A stretch of 64,000 nucleotides of DNA. It comes from Roseibacillus sp. GTDB taxonomy: Bacteria; Verrucomicrobiota; Verrucomicrobiia; Verrucomicrobiales; Akkermansiaceae. The notes beneath the pieces are model-generated. The model was given only the letters and a program-made list of their open reading frames with translations, was not told where the DNA came from and searched no databases. Below, one piece after another: positions 35,946 through 44,629 of the stretch. The position numbers were made by a program, and so were the translations under genes. Location of the stretch: the NCBI GenBank assembly GCA_051251855.1, contig JBPOGI010000003.1:224001-288000 (forward strand). The letters run 5' to 3'. The first letter of the stretch is position 1, and each line of letters begins with the position of its first letter.

Positions 35946-38654
35946 TCAACCGGTCTCCTTCAAGCCAGAGGAGATGGCGTTGACGGTGAGTTGGAGGGCG
36001 AGGAAGGTGTCGCCTTCCATTGGACGGTCGTCGGCGCGCCAGTCTTTGAGGAGCTGAATTTGTTGAAGGTGCAGCTTCTTCAAGGGCTCTTCGCGCAGGG
36101 CGAGGGTCTTGTTCATGCGGGGGCGCCTCTTGGCGAAGTCGCCTCCGAGGAAGGCTCCGACTTGCTCGCGGGTGCGCTGGAATTCTTCGCGTACCGTTTT
36201 GAGAACGCGGTCGCGGAGAGCGGTGTCTTCGCAGAGTCCTCCGTAGTTTTCCATAAGTTCTAAATTGGCGCTGGCGAGTGAGGTCTCGACGTTTGTGAAG
36301 ACGTAGCGCAAGAAGGCGATGGAAGAGAAGGAGTCTTTGAGCTTGGCGTAGGTCGCCGGGTCGTTTTTCTCGAGATTTTCTAAGCCGCTGCCGACACCGA
36401 ACCAGCCAGGAAGATAGAAGCGTGATTGAGTCCATGAAAAGACCCAGGGGATGGCGCGAAGGTCCTTCAAGGAAGGCTTGCCTGTGCGTCGCGCGGGGCG
36501 GGAACCAAAGACGCCGGTTTCCAATGCGTCGATGGGTGTCGCGGAGCGGTGGAAGGTGAGGAAGTCTTCGCTGGTGAGGAGAGCGCGGTAGGCGTCCGAG
36601 CTGGCTGCAGAAAGGGCATCGAGGGTGGGATGGAATTCGTCGGGAACGCCGGTGCGTTTGTCCTGCATTGCGACGGCTTCACTGACCCCTGCCATGAGCA
36701 GTTCGAGGTGGTAGTGGGCGTTGCCCTCGTGGGAATACTTGCGAGGAAGTACTTCGCCTTGTTCTGTGAGTCGAACTGGTCCGGTGAGGCAGCCGGGAGG
36801 GAGGGCGCGCAAGAACCATTGGGTGGGTCCTGCCCCACGTCCGATGGTGCCACCGCGTCCGTGGAAGAACTGGGGCTCGAAGTTGCGGCTGGCGAGGGAT
36901 TCGGCCATCTCCTTTTGGGCACGGTGAATGCCCCATTGGCTTGCGAAAACTCCGGCGTCTTTGTTGCTGTCAGAGTAACCAACCATCGCGGGTTGCACGG
37001 TGTCAGAACCACCGGCCATGAGGTCACGGTATTCGCCGAGGATGCCGGAAGCTGCGGCGAGGTCATCACCGGTTTCAAAGAGGGGGCTGACGGGGAGGCG
37101 GGAGCGCCACATGCCATCGACGTAGTCAGCGAGTCCGGCTTCGCGGGCGAAGAGGTGCATCGCGAGCAGGTCTGAGACTTGGCGGGTCATGGAGATGATG
37201 AGCTGGCCAAGGGACTCGGAGCCACGGGTCTTTTCCTGTTCGGCAACGACCCGTAGGTAGCCCAAGACGTTTTCGCCAGCTTCGGGAAGAGGCCCATTGA
37301 CGGAGAGGAGAGGGCGACGGCTCTTCAATTCCTCTAACAAAAAGGAGACGCGTTTTTCCTCGGGCCAATCGGCGAAGTTCTCGGCGTCGGCAATACCGGC
37401 TGTGGAGAGAATTGCGGAGATCGCGGCATCGTGGGTGGCAGAGTTGTTGCGAATGTCGAGATGGGCGAGGTGGAATCCAAAGACATCGTTGAGGAGAATG
37501 AGTGGTTCGACCCATTCTTTGGCAGCGAGCTTGGCGCCAGCTTCGCAAAGGGTCCAACGCGCGAGTTCGAGGTCTTCGCCGTAGTCTTCGCTGAACTCGT
37601 AACCACCGGGCTTCCCAGCCATGGATCTTTCCAGCTTTTCGCGAAGGAGATAGAGCCAGCAACGCCAGCGTTCGGCTTCATTGCGCTTGGCGATGTAGCT
37701 GCCGGTTTCGCCGAGCTCTTCGGTGAGGCGGGCGATGCCTTCCTCGAGTGCGGCGGGGACTTTGACAAAGGGCTTACTGGCGGTGAGAGATTCGGCAGAT
37801 TTGCGCACCCAGCGTCTTTGCAGGCGGAGGGCTTGGTAGCGCATTTCGGCGAAGGTGTTGCTGGTGACTTCGGGGGTGACAAAGGGGTGACCATCGCGGT
37901 CGCCACCGATCCAACTCGCGAAACGGATGCGTGGGTAGGCTTGAGCGGTACGGAGTTTGTCGAGGGACCAACCAGCGGCTTCCCAAGCGACTTCGAGAGA
38001 GCGGTTGAGGCGAATGACGACTTCGGGGAAGACTTCGCGCAGGTAGTAAAGAGCATTGCGACGCTCGTCACCGATGGTGGGGCGCTCGACAAAGATTTCG
38101 CCAGTGTGCCAGAGGCTTTCGAATTCGGCGCGCAGGCTGTCGCGAACGCGTTTTTCGCGAAGCGGGTCGAGACGAGCGTCTTCCCACTCGGCGAGGCGGT
38201 TGTAAATGGCGAGGTGCTTTTCGCGGACGAGCGGGCGTTTGGCTTCAGTGGGGTGAGCGGTCAGGACGGGCTCGACTTCGACTTTCTGGAAGGCCTCGAT
38301 GGCTTGGTCTTCGAAGAGTCCGGCTTCCTTCATGCGGGCGATCACACCCGGCCAGAGACCGCGAATGGTTTCGGGGCCATGTTCAGCGCGGCGAATGGCT
38401 CGGAAGCGCCAGGCGACGCGTTCTTCCACGATATTGAGAATCTCGAAGGCGAGAGAGGCGAGTTGGGCCGCTTCGGCGGCATCCGCGGGATTTTCTTCGA
38501 GGGTGGGGGACTCGGAGAGCCAAGGGAGACGGTTAATGGAATCCAAGGAGAGGGGGAGCGAATCGGCCAAAGTGTTGGTCACCTCGCGCAGTTCGTCTTC
38601 AAGGGCTTGGAATCCTCGGTCAAAATAGGCTTCGTTCAATCCGTCATTCGGCAT
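35946..38654 (-). CDS. ppc: Phosphoenolpyruvate carboxylase
   Basis: VLTAHPTE, SWIGGDRDG, GYSDSNKD, FHGRGG, TEQGE, LRAIPW. Confidence 0.96.
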   Translation of the reverse strand: MPNDGLNEAYFDRGFQALEDELREVTNTLADSLPLSLDSINRLPWLSESPTLEENPADAAEAAQLASLAFEILNIVEERVAWRFRAIRRAEHGPETIRGLWPGVIARMKEAGLFEDQAIEAFQKVEVEPVLTAHPTEAKRPLVREKHLAIYNRLAEWEDARLDPLREKRVRDSLRAEFESLWHTGEIFVERPTIGDERRNALYYLREVFPEVVIRLNRSLEVAWEAAGWSLDKLRTAQAYPRIRFASWIGGDRDGHPFVTPEVTSNTFAEMRYQALRLQRRWVRKSAESLTASKPFVKVPAALEEGIARLTEELGETGSYIAKRNEAERWRCWLYLLREKLERSMAGKPGGYEFSEDYGEDLELARWTLCEAGAKLAAKEWVEPLILLNDVFGFHLAHLDIRNNSATHDAAISAILSTAGIADAENFADWPEEKRVSFLLEELKSRRPLLSVNGPLPEAGENVLGYLRVVAEQEKTRGSESLGQLIISMTRQVSDLLAMHLFAREAGLADYVDGMWRSRLPVSPLFETGDDLAAASGILGEYRDLMAGGSDTVQPAMVGYSDSNKDAGVFASQWGIHRAQKEMAESLASRNFEPQFFHGRGGTIGRGAGPTQWFLRALPPGCLTGPVRLTEQGEVLPRKYSHEGNAHYHLELLMAGVSEAVAMQDKRTGVPDEFHPTLDALSAASSDAYRALLTSEDFLTFHRSATPIDALETGVFGSRPARRTGKPSLKDLRAIPWVFSWTQSRFYLPGWFGVGSGLENLEKNDPATYAKLKDSFSSIAFLRYVFTNVETSLASANLELMENYGGLCEDTALRDRVLKTVREEFQRTREQVGAFLGGDFAKRRPRMNKTLALREEPLKKLHLQQIQLLKDWRADDRPMEGDTFLALQLTVNAISSGLKETG

Positions 38655-38727
38655 GGCTCTACTTCAACGGAAAGCAGATGGCGTGCAAGCTTTGGCCGCA
38701 AAAATCGGAAAGGTCGGGGCAAGATCG

Positions 38728-39024
38728 CTAAATTCCCCGCAGATATTGGTAGGAATAGAGCCCGGTGGCATGTCCGTCTCCCCAACGAGGCTGGAGAGCG
38801 TAACCGCCCACCACTTCCCAACTGACGAGGTCGAAGGCTTTGTTGCCGAGTTGGGGATTTGGGCGCACCACGCGACCCAGGGCGTCGGGCTCTCCTTGGC
38901 AGGCCGCACAGGGGCAGGCGCGGCGGAGGGCCTCGAAGGTGAAGTAGTTTTCTTCGCCGTCGCTCCAAGCCAAGGCGATTTCGTTACCAATGACGGCGGC
39001 GTTCTTAAGAGAAAGAGGATCCAT
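38728..39024 (-). CDS. DUF971 / gamma-butyrobetaine hydroxylase N-terminal-like protein
   Basis: LRRACPCAAC, VGGYAL..W.DGH.TGLYS..YL. Confidence 0.88.
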   Translation of the reverse strand: MDPLSLKNAAVIGNEIALAWSDGEENYFTFEALRRACPCAACQGEPDALGRVVRPNPQLGNKAFDLVSWEVVGGYALQPRWGDGHATGLYSYQYLRGI

Positions 39025-39034
39025 GAGAGCTGTT

Positions 39035-39475
39035 TTAACGTCCCTTGAGCTGGCCAACTTCTCCTTGAGGCCACACGGCGCCGGAGACGATCCATCGCTC
39101 GAGGACCTTGAGGTCGCTTGGGGCGACTTTCATGCCGACGGATGGCATTTTCAGGGTAGGGTGTTTTCCGGCAGCGGCGATGAAGAAGAGGCTCTCATCG
39201 GGCTTGCCCGGGACGATGCGCTTATTCTTGAAGGCTTCCTCTCGGTTGGTGAGGGCGTAGGGCATCTTCTTGTCCTTGCCATCATGGCACCAGACGCAGC
39301 GCTCCTCCAAAATGGGTTTCACGTGGCGAGCAAAATCAATCCGGCTCTTGGTTTCTGCTTGGACCAAAGCGCTCAGAACGGGCTTGTCGTCGATACGAGT
39401 CTCGGACTCACTCCACTTACTACAGGAGACCAAAAGAAGGGAACTTGCTAAAAAGACGCTGGAAATTGCTTTCAT
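39035..39475 (-). CDS. Planctomycete-type cytochrome c lipoprotein
   Basis: IDFARHVKPILEERCVWCH (CxxCH), IVPGKPDES, MP...WI..GA. Confidence 0.85.
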   Translation of the reverse strand: MKAISSVFLASSLLLVSCSKWSESETRIDDKPVLSALVQAETKSRIDFARHVKPILEERCVWCHDGKDKKMPYALTNREEAFKNKRIVPGKPDESLFFIAAAGKHPTLKMPSVGMKVAPSDLKVLERWIVSGAVWPQGEVGQLKGR

Positions 39476-39515
39476 CTTGCCCATGTTCTACCCTCAACTT
39501 CGTCTTTTGAACAGC

Positions 39516-40247
39516 ATGCCGTCGCGTCAACTTTCCTTCGCTCTCCTTTTCATGCTCGTGCTCCCAGTGAGCGCACAGTCTTCGGGTCCTTCGGTGGTGG
39601 CTCCAAGTCAACGTCGTCCAGCAGTACAGGGGGGCGTTCCGAAGTATCCTTGGCACCTCGGAACGACTGTAACGATTTTCTGGATTGGTGAGCAGCCGAC
39701 CCCTCGCAATCCTACTCCGAACTGCAAGTCCTCGTGGGACACCAAGTGGATGCAGAATTATGGAGGCTATGATAATCCCGATCCCAAGACGCGTCGGGGT
39801 TATTTGCCAAAAGCGTTTACTCCGAAGCAGAATAATTTCTATGTCGCCTTGCCCTACAACGATATCCTCAATCATCGCCAGCATAAGCCTGAGGCTTCGA
39901 AAGTGATTCCTTGGTTCAAGCGCTATAATCCGCGACCCGGCAAGACGGTCTGTAAGGGACGCTGGGTAGAAATCGCTCGGAATGGAAAGGTTTGCTATGC
40001 CCAATGGGAAGATTGTGGCCCTTTCAGCACCACCAACTGGGAATTTGTCTTTCGTAATGAGAGGGTGAAAAATCGCAAGAATAACGAGGCAGGCATCGAT
40101 GTTTCACCGGCGGTGCGCGATTTCCTTGGGGTGAAAAGCGGGCAAAAAGTGCACTGGCGATTTGTGGAGTTTCAGCACGTCAAACGTGGCCCTTGGTCGT
40201 TGTACGGCATGAACAATCCCTTCGTGAATCCAAAAGCTCGCCGTTGA
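39516..40247 (+). CDS. Secreted protein with double-psi beta-barrel (RlpA/expansin-like) motifs
   Basis: Signal peptide; YVALP, CKGRWVEI, QWEDCGP, GIDVSPAV. Confidence 0.6.
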   Translation: MPSRQLSFALLFMLVLPVSAQSSGPSVVAPSQRRPAVQGGVPKYPWHLGTTVTIFWIGEQPTPRNPTPNCKSSWDTKWMQNYGGYDNPDPKTRRGYLPKAFTPKQNNFYVALPYNDILNHRQHKPEASKVIPWFKRYNPRPGKTVCKGRWVEIARNGKVCYAQWEDCGPFSTTNWEFVFRNERVKNRKNNEAGIDVSPAVRDFLGVKSGQKVHWRFVEFQHVKRGPWSLYGMNNPFVNPKARR

Positions 40248-40383
40248 AGCTGTTTCCCGAGTGCTCTACCGTGAAGTTTGGTCCTTCATAACCAGCTTGT
40301 TTCGAGGGCTTTCAGTAAGAAAAAGAGGAAGTGTCATTAAAATATTGATTAGTTTGTCATGAATATTAAGATAAGCGAATCTT

Positions 40384-41208
40384 ATGAAGTCGATTTCCCC
40401 TTTTCCCCAATGGGCGAGACTTGGTCTCTTGTGCGGTCTTTTGCCGTCTCTGGTGGCGTCAAACGCTGAAGCGATCAACGTCGACACCGAGCTTGTGATT
40501 CTAGTGAATGCGCAGACTGCTCCCACATCGGATTTTGACTACATTATGGAAGGGGTGGCGCAAACCTTCGAGCAACAGTCCTTCATTGATAGTGTAGTTG
40601 CTGGGCCTCACGGAAAAATTGCCGCGACAGTGCTTTTTTTCAATGCCAATGGGGGAGCAGGCGAGGTTGTTGGCCTTCCTTGGATGGAGCTTTCCTCGGC
40701 TGCTGACTTGCAAGCTTTTGCCGATAGTGCCCGAGCTGTCACAGCCCCGAGTCTTGGCTGGAATGTGAACTACGCTTCCGCGATTACCGAGGGTGCTGCT
40801 CAATTGGCCTCTTCGGTCTTCGAGGGGTCGTTGCGCCAGATGACGGTGATTAGCGACGGACACAACTTTTATGCCGCCAATCCTTCGGGCACTCAGGCTG
40901 CTCGGGATGCGGCATTGGCAAGCTCGGCTGATGTAATCAATTCTGTGATCTTCGATATTCAGTATCAGGAAGCGGCCGCAGCAGCCTACTATAACAATAA
41001 CGTCATTGGAGGAGCGGGTGCGACTGCGGAGGTCGTGGGAACGTCCACTTGGGCGGCCAAGGATCCTGCCGACACCGCTCTGATTTTCGGGACATTCGAA
41101 ACCCAAATTTCTTCAGCCACCATCGCTGCTGCTACCATACCGGAACCCAGTTCAGGACTTCTGTTTTTGGGGGGGGCGCTCGCCTTGCTCGTTCGGCGTC
41201 GACGCTAG
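40384..41208 (+). CDS. PEP-CTERM protein with DUF1194 (vWA-like) domain
   Basis: VDTELVILV..., ISDG; C-terminal IPEPSSGLLFLGGALALLVRRRR. Confidence 0.85.
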   Translation: MKSISPFPQWARLGLLCGLLPSLVASNAEAINVDTELVILVNAQTAPTSDFDYIMEGVAQTFEQQSFIDSVVAGPHGKIAATVLFFNANGGAGEVVGLPWMELSSAADLQAFADSARAVTAPSLGWNVNYASAITEGAAQLASSVFEGSLRQMTVISDGHNFYAANPSGTQAARDAALASSADVINSVIFDIQYQEAAAAAYYNNNVIGGAGATAEVVGTSTWAAKDPADTALIFGTFETQISSATIAAATIPEPSSGLLFLGGALALLVRRRR

Positions 41209-41366
41209 TGTTTTGAGAGTGCCAGCCTTTGAGAGCTGACTTTAGAGCTAACTCCATTCTTTGGAGCTACTCGCCCTGCTTCGAGTGCAAGGGAGTTTTC
41301 TGTTTGGAAATCTATCGACGAATTATAATCGTCATTTTGTGACTTTTCCGTTTCTATCTCTTCCAC

Positions 41367-42038
41367 GTGAAAGAACTCTGGGAACAAGCCATCCTCTACT
41401 ACAACTTACCTCTAACAATTCTGTTAGGATTTGTAGTGTTGTTTTGGCTGCTGAGTCTTTTGGGCACAGTGGACCTCGATACCATTGATATTGATTTGGA
41501 GGCGGAGGTGAATGCGGACGTCGATGTCGACGTGAACGGCTCCGATGGGGCTACTGACGGTTTTTTTGGTTCGCTGCTTCGTTTTGTGAATGCGCAGGAC
41601 GTGCCCGTGATGGTGATTGTGAGTCTGCTTACGATTTTCATGTGGGGCATCGGTATCACCAGTAACTACTATCTCAATCCGGCCGAAAGTGGTCTGTTGG
41701 CTCTCGGCTTTCTTTTCGTAAATTTCATTCTCAGTATTCTGTTAGTCAAAGTCACCACCGAGCCTTTGCGTCCGTTCATGCGGGCCATCAAGAACGACCA
41801 AGAGCACCAAGAGCCTCTCGTCGGCCTCGCTGGCACGGTGAAAAGCCGTGTGCTTGACAGCGGTTTCGGTCAGGTCGAAGTGCCTCGTGATAAAGGAGCG
41901 CCTGCGCTGCTCAATGCTATTTTACCAGAAGGTCGCGAAGCTCTCGTGAGAGGCGACCGCATCCTCGTCATCGATTTTGATAAGGACCAAGACAAATTCG
42001 TGGTCCATCCCGCTGACGCACCCTCAAAAAATTCTTAA
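41367..42038 (+). CDS. YqiJ/DUF1449-like (NfeD-type OB-fold) membrane protein
   Basis: TM helices, acidic DxDxD stretch, VPVMV, LVGLAGTV..S.FGQ; immediately upstream of flotillin. Confidence 0.8.
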   Translation: MKELWEQAILYYNLPLTILLGFVVLFWLLSLLGTVDLDTIDIDLEAEVNADVDVDVNGSDGATDGFFGSLLRFVNAQDVPVMVIVSLLTIFMWGIGITSNYYLNPAESGLLALGFLFVNFILSILLVKVTTEPLRPFMRAIKNDQEHQEPLVGLAGTVKSRVLDSGFGQVEVPRDKGAPALLNAILPEGREALVRGDRILVIDFDKDQDKFVVHPADAPSKNS

Positions 42039-42057
42039 CAACAACCCACCCTTAGAA

Positions 42058-44130
42058 ATGAATATTATGAATAACCTGCTGTTCACCCACCTCGCTGGTA
42101 TCTTGGACAACATGCCGTTGGCTCTCTTTGATAGTTTGCCCTTCGCGCTTGTTGCTGTGATACTTGGTCTTGGCGCCTTTGTTATTTTGGCTGCCATCTA
42201 CGTCGTTCTCACTTGCTACCGCAAAGTCGAGAAAGGAACCGCCCTCATCCGAACCGGAATGGGTGGCACTAAGGTCTACTTTAATGCCGGATACATTGTG
42301 CCCATTCTCCATCGTGCGGACATGATGGACATTTCGCTGAAGCGCATTGAAATCGACCGCACAGGACGCAATGGCCTCATCTGTAAGGACAACATGCGAG
42401 CGGATATCAAGGTTGCTTTCTTTGTGAGGGTGAACAATGCGGCGGAGGATGTCTTGCGCGTTGCTGAAAGTGTCGGCTGTGCTCGTGCGTCGAGCGAAGA
42501 TGAGATTCGGACTCTCTTTGATGCTAAGTTCTCAGAGGCTCTCAAGACCGTCGGTAAGCGCTTTGAATTCACCTCGCTTTATGAAGATCGCGATACCTTC
42601 CGTGATGAAATTTTGAAGGTGATTGGAACGGACCTCAACGGCTTCGTATTGGACGATGCTGCGATTGACTTCCTGGAGCAAACTCCGATCGAGATGCTCG
42701 ACCCAGATAACATTTTGGATGCCGAGGGCATCAAGAAGATTACCCACCTCACTGCCGAGCAGGCCAAGTTGTCTAACCACATTGAGCGCGACAAGCAGCG
42801 CGTGATCAAGCAACAGGACGTGGAAGCTCGCGAAGCAATTCTTGAACTGGAGCGTCAGCTTGCGGAGACCGAAGCGAAGCAGCAGCGTGAAGTCAAAACA
42901 GTGCAAGCTCGCGAAGAAGCGGAAACTGCCAAAGTGAGCGAAGAGCAGCGTCAACGCAGTGAGCAAGCCCGCATCGCAGCTGAGGAAGAAATTGAAATCG
43001 CGGATGAGAACAAGCAGCGTCAGGTGATTGTCGCTCTCCGTAATAAAGAGCGCACCGATGGCGTTGAGCTGGAGCGTGTTGAGCGTGAGCGCATGTTGGA
43101 AGAAATTGAACGCAAGCGCGTGACCGAGCTGAAGTCAATCGAAGCTGAGAAGTTGATTGAGGTTCAGAAGAAAGAGATTCAGGAAGTGATTCGCGAACGG
43201 GTCGCTGTTGAGAAGGGCGTGGTTGAAGAGCAGCAGCGCATCAAGGATACCGAAGAGTTTGCTACCGCGGATCGTCAGAAGCAAGTCACGGTCACTCTTG
43301 CTGAGGCTCAGGCCCAGGAGAAGATGATTGGGCGTATCAAGGAAGCGGAAGCGCAGAAAGAATCAGCCCAGTTAGCTGCCGACGAACATGCTTACGAGGT
43401 CATTAAGGAGGCGGAGGCAGGTCGCCAAGCCGCCGAGATGAACGCCGAACAACGCATCATCAGTGCAGAGGCCGAACAGACCGCTGCCGAGAAAGAGTCG
43501 AGCGCCAAGAAGATGATGGCGGAAGCGATTGCTAAGGAGGCGGCTGCCACTGGATTAGGCGAAGCGGAAGTTCTGAAGGCCATGGGTATGGCTGATGCCG
43601 AAGCGATTGAGCTGAAGGCTGCGGCCATGAAGCTCTTCGAAGAAGCCGGTCAGGAGCACGAAGAATTCAAGCTCGAGTTGGACAAAGAGAAGGCCGTCGA
43701 GTTGGCCGAAATTGATGTTCAGCGTCAGATTGCTGCCGAGCAGGCCAAGGTTGTGGGCGAGGCTCTCAAGAGCGCCAATATCGATATCGTGGGTGGCGAG
43801 ACTCAGTTCTTCGACCGCATCACCAATGCGATTACGAATGGTAAGGTGGTCGACCGCATGGTGGATAACAGCCGCGTAATCGACGACGTGAAGGAGACCT
43901 TCTTCAACGGCGACCCCGAGTACTTCAAGAGCCAGCTGTCGGGATGGATTCAGGACTTCGGTATTGAAACCGAAGACCTCAAGAATCTCTCGGTGTCGGC
44001 TCTGCTAGGAAAGCTGGTGAAAGATGCCAGCGGCGACCAGCGCACCAAGATGATTGGAATGCTAGGAGCTGCTGAACGCTTTGGTTTGTCGGATGCGAAG
44101 GCAGGAGACCTCTTGAAGAAGTTAGGGTAG
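42058..44130 (+). CDS. Flotillin/SPFH protein (YqiK-like)
   Basis: TM, YRKV..G.ALIRTG, GLICKDNMRADI, long EA-rich coiled coil. Confidence 0.9.
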   Translation: MNIMNNLLFTHLAGILDNMPLALFDSLPFALVAVILGLGAFVILAAIYVVLTCYRKVEKGTALIRTGMGGTKVYFNAGYIVPILHRADMMDISLKRIEIDRTGRNGLICKDNMRADIKVAFFVRVNNAAEDVLRVAESVGCARASSEDEIRTLFDAKFSEALKTVGKRFEFTSLYEDRDTFRDEILKVIGTDLNGFVLDDAAIDFLEQTPIEMLDPDNILDAEGIKKITHLTAEQAKLSNHIERDKQRVIKQQDVEAREAILELERQLAETEAKQQREVKTVQAREEAETAKVSEEQRQRSEQARIAAEEEIEIADENKQRQVIVALRNKERTDGVELERVERERMLEEIERKRVTELKSIEAEKLIEVQKKEIQEVIRERVAVEKGVVEEQQRIKDTEEFATADRQKQVTVTLAEAQAQEKMIGRIKEAEAQKESAQLAADEHAYEVIKEAEAGRQAAEMNAEQRIISAEAEQTAAEKESSAKKMMAEAIAKEAAATGLGEAEVLKAMGMADAEAIELKAAAMKLFEEAGQEHEEFKLELDKEKAVELAEIDVQRQIAAEQAKVVGEALKSANIDIVGGETQFFDRITNAITNGKVVDRMVDNSRVIDDVKETFFNGDPEYFKSQLSGWIQDFGIETEDLKNLSVSALLGKLVKDASGDQRTKMIGMLGAAERFGLSDAKAGDLLKKLG

Positions 44131-44136
44131 GATTCG

Positions 44137-44172
44137 TTTTCAACCACTAAGGGCACTAAGTTCACGAAGGTA
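44137..44172. repeat. Left inverted repeat flanking the GxxExxY gene
   Basis: TTTTC-AACCACTAAGGGCACTAAGTTCACGAAGGTA; core is 28/31 identical to the reverse complement of 44591-44621. Confidence 0.9.
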
Positions 44173-44178
44173 CTAGCT

Positions 44179-44559
44179 ATGGAAAAAGAGGTTCTATATC
44201 GAGATGAAGTATTTAAGCTCATAGGGGCTTGTATTGAAGTTCATCGAGAGAAAGGGCACGGATTCCTAGAGCCTGTTTATCATGAGTGCTTAGAGTTGGA
44301 GGCAAAGGAGCAGCAGCTTCCTTTGACTTCAAAGCCCAAACTAGAACTCTACTATAAGGGGCACTTGTTGACTCAGCGCTACGAGCCTGACTTTGTAGGA
44401 TTCAGTAAAATAATCGTGGAAATCAAAGCGGCCAAAGCTCTTGATAATTCGCATCGCGCTCAAACAATCAACTACCTTAAGGCTACCGGTTTTCGCCTAG
44501 CTTTGCTCGTCAATTTTGGGAGTAAGGGGCGCTTGGAATGGGAACGTTTCATCAATTGA
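44179..44559 (+). CDS. GxxExxY protein (PD-(D/E)xK-like fold)
   Basis: GFLEPVY (GxxExxY), PDF..IIVEIKA, AQTINYLKATG..LALLVNFG. Confidence 0.93.
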   Translation: MEKEVLYRDEVFKLIGACIEVHREKGHGFLEPVYHECLELEAKEQQLPLTSKPKLELYYKGHLLTQRYEPDFVGFSKIIVEIKAAKALDNSHRAQTINYLKATGFRLALLVNFGSKGRLEWERFIN

Positions 44560-44590
44560 AATTTAAAAATCATAGAGCCTCGTTGGCCAC

Positions 44591-44626
44591 TACCTTCGTG
44601 AACTTTGTGTCCTTTGTGGTTAAAAA
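44591..44626. repeat. Right inverted repeat flanking the GxxExxY gene
   Basis: TACCTTCGTGAACTTTGTGTCCTTTGTGGTT-AAAAA. Confidence 0.9.
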
Positions 44627-44629
44627 ATA

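Noticed and set aside
35518..36435. 305-aa Arg-rich minus-strand ORF spanning the ppc end, REP and RAYT
   Set aside because: It is an alternative frame over ppc and antisense to the RAYT, with low-complexity composition.
37431..38825. 464-aa plus-strand ORF, and similar long antisense ORFs at 17843-18895, 22527-23291, 46193-47197, 52085-52873 and 54046-54735
   Set aside because: They are shadow frames opposite well-supported genes and carry no recognisable motifs.
42800..43760. Repetitive GAAGCG/GCCGAG-rich DNA in the flotillin gene
   Set aside because: Explained by the Glu/Ala-rich coiled coil; it is not a DNA repeat element.
44128..44181. The flotillin TAG is in frame with the GxxExxY ATG through 16 sense codons (DSFSTTKGTKFTKVLA), suggesting a read-through fusion
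   Set aside because: Being in frame has a one-in-three chance, no recoding signal is evident, and the TK periodicity simply reflects the 9-nt DNA repeat.
44142..44621. The repeats as a CRISPR array or classical IS ends
   Set aside because: There are only two inverted copies, with no spacers, no cas genes, no DDE transposase and no clear target duplication.
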